Source: an uncultured Gemmatimonadales bacterium
GTDB taxonomy: Bacteria; Gemmatimonadota; Gemmatimonadetes; Gemmatimonadales; GWC2-71-9
Direction of reading: 5' to 3'
DNA length: 64,000 bases
Assembly (NCBI GenBank): GCA_963779755.1
Contig: CAVZZO010000003.1
Coordinates: 96,001 to 160,000 of the forward strand
Within the stretch, counting starts at the first letter, position 1, and each line of letters begins with the position of its first letter. Below, piece after piece: positions 60,409 to 64,000 of the stretch. The notes below the pieces were generated by a model. It was not told the DNA's origin. It saw only the letters and a program-made list of their open reading frames with translations, and did no database searches. Made by a program: the position numbers and the translations under genes.

Positions 60409-61477
60409 GTGCCGTGTCTCTCACCTTGACCCGCTGCCGCACCGCCTCCAGAGCCGGCCGGCCGACTCCCAGCAGCAGGCCCGCGCGCTCCATCAGGCGC
60501 ATCTCCTTCCCTTCCAGAATGCCGTCCCGCAGCGCCACGCGCCACAGCCGTTCCAGCAGCGCCACGCGCTCCGGCAGCAGGAAATCGCGATCGACCCGCT
60601 GGGCCATGTCCAGCAACCGGCCGCGGCCCGCCTCCCCTCCGGCCGTCTGGATCTCTTCCTCCGAGGCGCCCCAGCATTCCCGGAGATACCCGGTGACCGT
60701 CCCGATCTCCTCCGGCGTCAGCGTCTCGTCGCTCCGGGCCAGCTCGGCCAGCAGGGTGGCCGCCGCCGCCATGATGGGCTTGTCGCCGGCCGATGCCGGG
60801 TCGGCCGCCGTCACCTGCCGTCCGAACGCCTCCTCGATGGTGCGCCACAACGCCTGGCCCGGGGTACGCCGGCGCCGCCGGCGCCGGAGCAGATACCAGA
60901 GCGTCCCCGCCAACGCCAGGACCAGCAGCAGCCCGCCGAGCGCGCGATTCGCCTGGCCGATGATCCGCACGATGGTGGACCACTCGGAGCCGAGATAGGC
61001 GCCCAGCGCGACCAGTCCGCCGTACCACAGGCCCGAGGCCAGGGCCATCGGCACCAGCGCCCGCACCGGCCCCAGATTCACCAGGCCGGCAAAGGGGGCG
61101 ACAATGGAGCGCACGCCCGGCAGCAGCCGCAGGACGAAAATGCCCACGACACCGAAGCGGAGATAGCCCCGCTCGATGGTGGCGACCGCCTCGGGCGACA
61201 GCAGCATCCGCCCGATCCGACCCTGGAAAGCGCCCCGACCGTAGCGGCGGGCGAGCAGATACACCAGCGCCGCCCCGGCGACGCTGAAGCACCAGGTGAT
61301 GAGGAAGACGGTAAGCGGGCTGGTGGTGCCGCGGTGCGAGAGAAACGCCCCCAGTGCGACGACGACGTCGGAGGGCGAGGGCGGCAGGATGTTTTCCAGC
61401 AGGGCCGCGATCGCGATGGCGGTGTAGATCGCGGGCGCCGGGAGCCCGGCCAGCCAGTTCAGGAAGTGCTCGATCAG
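60398..61477 (-). CDS. DedA family protein fused to C-terminal TerB-like domain; non-canonical CTG start
   Basis: Frame extends 71 codons beyond the ORF-track start to (L)IEHFLNWL...LENILPPSPSDVV (DedA motif); C-terminus LLAELARSD...ER..LLE.LWRVA..DG....E (TerB). Confidence 0.75.
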   Translation of the reverse strand: MIEHFLNWLAGLPAPAIYTAIAIAALLENILPPSPSDVVVALGAFLSHRGTTSPLTVFLITWCFSVAGAALVYLLARRYGRGAFQGRIGRMLLSPEAVATIERGYLRFGVVGIFVLRLLPGVRSIVAPFAGLVNLGPVRALVPMALASGLWYGGLVALGAYLGSEWSTIVRIIGQANRALGGLLLVLALAGTLWYLLRRRRRRRTPGQALWRTIEEAFGRQVTAADPASAGDKPIMAAAATLLAELARSDETLTPEEIGTVTGYLRECWGASEEEIQTAGGEAGRGRLLDMAQRVDRDFLLPERVALLERLWRVALRDGILEGKEMRLMERAGLLLGVGRPALEAVRQRVKVRDTAHED

Positions 61478-62025
61478 CGGACCGCCTCGAGGGTGGCAAC
61501 CGCGAAGGCGGCCATCCCTTCGCCCCGTCCGGTGAACCCCATGCCTTCGTTCGTCTTGGCCTTGACGCTCACCGCCCCGGCTTCCACCCCCAGCAGGCCG
61601 GCGATGGCCGCGGCCATCGGCTCCAGGTACGCGGCCAGCCGGGGTCGCTCGGCCAGCACGGTGATATCGGCCTGCACCGCGCGATACCCGCGCGAGCGCA
61701 CATGGGTGTGGGCCTCACGCAGCAACCCCATGCTGTCGGCGTTCTTCCAGCGGGGATCGGTATCCGGGAAGAGGCTGCCGATATTACCCGCAGCGGCACC
61801 GCCCAGAATGGCATCGGTCAGCGCATGGGCGACGATATCGGCATCGCTGTGGCCCTGGAGTCCCAGCTCGAACGGAATTACCTGGCCCGCAAGAATCAAC
61901 GGCCGCCCGGGAACCAGGCGGTGGGAATCGTAGCCGAATCCGGTGCGGACGGACAGGCGGGAGGGCGGGAGGGCGGGAGGCGCCTCCCTTCCCACCTTCC
62001 CGCCTTCCTGCCCGTCTGCCGTCAC
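61474..62025 (-). CDS. ispF: 2-C-methyl-D-erythritol 2,4-cyclodiphosphate synthase
   Basis: G.GYDSHRL, GHSDAD..AHA..DAILG, IG..FPD.DP, VKAKTNE.MGF.GRGEG. Confidence 0.95.
   Translation of the reverse strand: MTADGQEGGKVGREAPPALPPSRLSVRTGFGYDSHRLVPGRPLILAGQVIPFELGLQGHSDADIVAHALTDAILGGAAAGNIGSLFPDTDPRWKNADSMGLLREAHTHVRSRGYRAVQADITVLAERPRLAAYLEPMAAAIAGLLGVEAGAVSVKAKTNEGMGFTGRGEGMAAFAVATLEAVR
61948..62023. repeat. Palindromic octamer repeat (GGCGGGAG x3 / CTTCCCGC-like) inside the ispF 5' end
   Basis: GACGGACAGGCGGGAGGGCGGGAGGG ... CCTTCCCGCCTTCCTGCCCGTCTGCCGTC. Confidence 0.8.
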
Positions 62026-63077
62026 GCGGCGACCGGTTCTTCGATATACGAGTAATCCTGCCGCCGGCGCCGCACCTCAAAGCCGGCATCCCGGATGGAG
62101 CGCTCCATCTCCTCGATGGTGGCGCGATAGGTGGTGCCGGCGGCGCTTACCACGTTCTCTTCCATCATCAGGCTGCCGAAGTCGTTGGCGCCGAAGCGCA
62201 ACGCCACCTGCCCCACCTTGAGCCCCATGGTCACCCAGGAGGACTGCAGGTTGGGGATGTTGTGGCAGATGATCCGTCCCAGCGCCAGCGTCCGCAGGTA
62301 AGTGACGGCGTCGGTCTTGGGCATATGCGCCAGCTCGGTTCCTTCGGGCTGGAGCGGCCAGCAGATGAACGCAGTGAAGCCGCCAGTACGCGCCTGCACG
62401 TCGCGGATGCGCAACAGATGCTCCACCCGGTCGGCATCGCTCTCGCCCAGGCCGTACATCATGGTCACCGAGGTCTTCATGCCTTGCCGGTGAGCCTCCT
62501 CCTGCACGCCGAGCCAGGCATCGGTCTGCGCCTTCTTCTTCGCGACCTGCTCCCGGACCGCATCCACCAGGATCTCCCCGCCCCCGCCGGGGATGCTGTC
62601 CAGCCCGGCCGCCTTGAGCTCGCGGACCACCTCGGAGACCGTCAACCCGAAGCGCTGGGAGAAGAACACGACCTCGGAGGGCGAGAACCCGTGAATGTGG
62701 ATGGGATGATGCTGCTTGATGTAACGCATCAGGTCCAGATACCACTCGAACGGGATATACGGGTTGTGCCCGCCCTGCAGCAGGATCTGCACACCGCCCA
62801 GCGCCCGGCACTCGTCGATCTTGGCGCCGATCTCCTCATAGCTCAGCACGTAACCTTCAAGATCACGGGGACGGCGGTAGAACGCGCAGAACTTGCAGTC
62901 GGCAACGCAGACGTTGGTGTAGTTGATATTCCGGTCGATGATATAGGTGACCACCGGGTCCGGATGCAGCCGCCAGCGCTCGGCGTCGGCCAGGCGACCC
63001 AGCTCCAGCAGGTCGGCCCGCTGGTAGAGGTCGAGATACTCCTTGAACTCGGCGGAACTACGGTCGATTATCGTCAT
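62022..63077 (-). CDS. mqnC: Cyclic dehypoxanthinyl futalosine synthase
   Basis: YIIDRNINYTNVCVADCKFCAF, LLQGG, SIPGGGGEIL, FTAFI.W, GANDFGS.MMEENVVSAAG. Confidence 0.93.
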   Translation of the reverse strand: MTIIDRSSAEFKEYLDLYQRADLLELGRLADAERWRLHPDPVVTYIIDRNINYTNVCVADCKFCAFYRRPRDLEGYVLSYEEIGAKIDECRALGGVQILLQGGHNPYIPFEWYLDLMRYIKQHHPIHIHGFSPSEVVFFSQRFGLTVSEVVRELKAAGLDSIPGGGGEILVDAVREQVAKKKAQTDAWLGVQEEAHRQGMKTSVTMMYGLGESDADRVEHLLRIRDVQARTGGFTAFICWPLQPEGTELAHMPKTDAVTYLRTLALGRIICHNIPNLQSSWVTMGLKVGQVALRFGANDFGSLMMEENVVSAAGTTYRATIEEMERSIRDAGFEVRRRRQDYSYIEEPVAA

Positions 63078-63104
63078 CGTGGCTCGCTTCCGGTTCCTTG
63101 TTCC

Positions 63105-63172
63105 GTGAGACGTGAGGCGTCGGGGCGGTGCCGCCTCACGTCTTACGTCTCACGCCTTACGCATCATCTCAC
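63105..63172. repeat. Palindromic heptamer repeat (GTGAGAC/CTCACGT family)
   Basis: GTGAGACGTGAGGCG ... CGCCTCACGTCTTACGTCTCACGCCTTACG; same family as 26169. Confidence 0.75.
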
Positions 63173-63990
63173 GCCGCCGTGATGAAACTCAGGCTCCCGT
63201 CCGGCACCATCCCATCCGCCGCCAGGCGGCGGAAGAAGTCGGTGAGCCCGGCCAGATGGCGGTAGGACAGGGCATAATCCAGGTCGTCGAAATAGGACCG
63301 GCAGACGGCGCGGGGAATCCCGGTCTCCCGCGCGGCATCGTCGGCCAGCTCGTCGAGATGCGCCAGCCCCCAACCGCGCGACTCGAGCAGCGCGCGGTGC
63401 ACCACCCGCACCCGGGTCTGGTCGGCTTCGCGCCGCGCCGCCCAGACGGCGAACACGAAGGGAAGGCCGGTCCAGGCTTTCCACTCCGCGCCCAGGTCGA
63501 GGCGAACGGGATAGTCTTCGCGCGCCTGCAGCAGCAGCGCGGCGTCTCCGATCACCAGCACCGCCTCGTGCGGCAGCCCGCGCAAGGCCTCGAGATCGGC
63601 CGCCTCGGCCCGCGCGGTGGCGAATCGCGGCGCGATGCCCCAGCGGTGGCGGCAGAGCAGTTCCAGCAGCAGCACCGACGTGCGGGAGGACGCCGTTCGC
63701 AACACCGTGCGCCCATCCAGCTCCTCCACCGGCCGGCGGGAGAACAGCATGACGCTGCGCACCGGGCCGTCGCAGGAGATCGCGAGGTCGGGCAGCAGGT
63801 GGTAGGCGGCGGCGTTCCGGGCATACTCCACCGCCGAAACGACGCTCACGTCGAGCTCGCCGGCGGCCAGAAGATCGTTCAGCTCCGCGGCCGTCCCGCT
63901 CACCAGCCCCGCCGGGAGGGAAACCACGTTCCGGTCGATGGCGCCATAGACCGGATAGCAGTTGATCCAGGGAATCCGACCCAGTCTCAC
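63169..63990 (-). CDS. mqnA: Chorismate dehydratase (futalosine pathway)
   Basis: RLG.I.WINC.P, IS.DGPV.SV, SRTSV.L, LVIGD.AL, DLG.EWK..TGLPFVFAVW. Confidence 0.9.
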   Translation of the reverse strand: MRLGRIPWINCYPVYGAIDRNVVSLPAGLVSGTAAELNDLLAAGELDVSVVSAVEYARNAAAYHLLPDLAISCDGPVRSVMLFSRRPVEELDGRTVLRTASSRTSVLLLELLCRHRWGIAPRFATARAEAADLEALRGLPHEAVLVIGDAALLLQAREDYPVRLDLGAEWKAWTGLPFVFAVWAARREADQTRVRVVHRALLESRGWGLAHLDELADDAARETGIPRAVCRSYFDDLDYALSYRHLAGLTDFFRRLAADGMVPDGSLSFITAA

Positions 63991-64000
63991 GCGGCGTGTA

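Overview
High-GC, Gram-negative (LPS-making) bacterial chromosome segment. Gene content and style (futalosine pathway mqnA/mqnC, kds/lpt/rpoN block, short palindromic heptamer/octamer repeats) suggest Gemmatimonadota, which is inference only. The window spans the replication terminus: a 28-bp dif site lies at 38495-38522, most genes to its left run +, most to its right run -, and xerD is 21 kb away. Left arm: larC, a TPR protein, tRNA-Gly, then a redox/NO island. The island holds cytochrome c peroxidase, a 4-His membrane protein + DUF6644-like protein + Tat Rieske trio, a NarL-type two-component pair, nirK, a SufR-like regulator, DUF2249 proteins, a 12-TM His-rich protein, SufT and a DUF2249-DUF542 fusion. 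After it come treT, a DASS transporter, DPP III, a sigma54 pilin, der-plsY-gpsA, pirin, a P-type ATPase, a RES-Xre toxin-antitoxin pair, surE-pcm-dedA-acyP-apt and tRNA-Arg. Right arm: one long minus-strand run kdsB-pyrG-kdsA-kdsC-kdsD-lptC-lptA-lptB-rpoN-glycosylation genes-dapF, plus an ABC exporter, DUF892, xerD, a DedA-TerB fusion, ispF, mqnC and mqnA. Best candidates for undescribed biology: the nirK-linked uncharacterised operon, the putative heme b/Rieske module with its ~150-nt structured leader, a 90-bp-period repeat array, LptB with an extra N-terminal domain, and palindromic repeats apparently translated in the N-termini of lptC and ispF. All functional calls come from motif recognition; no database search was run.
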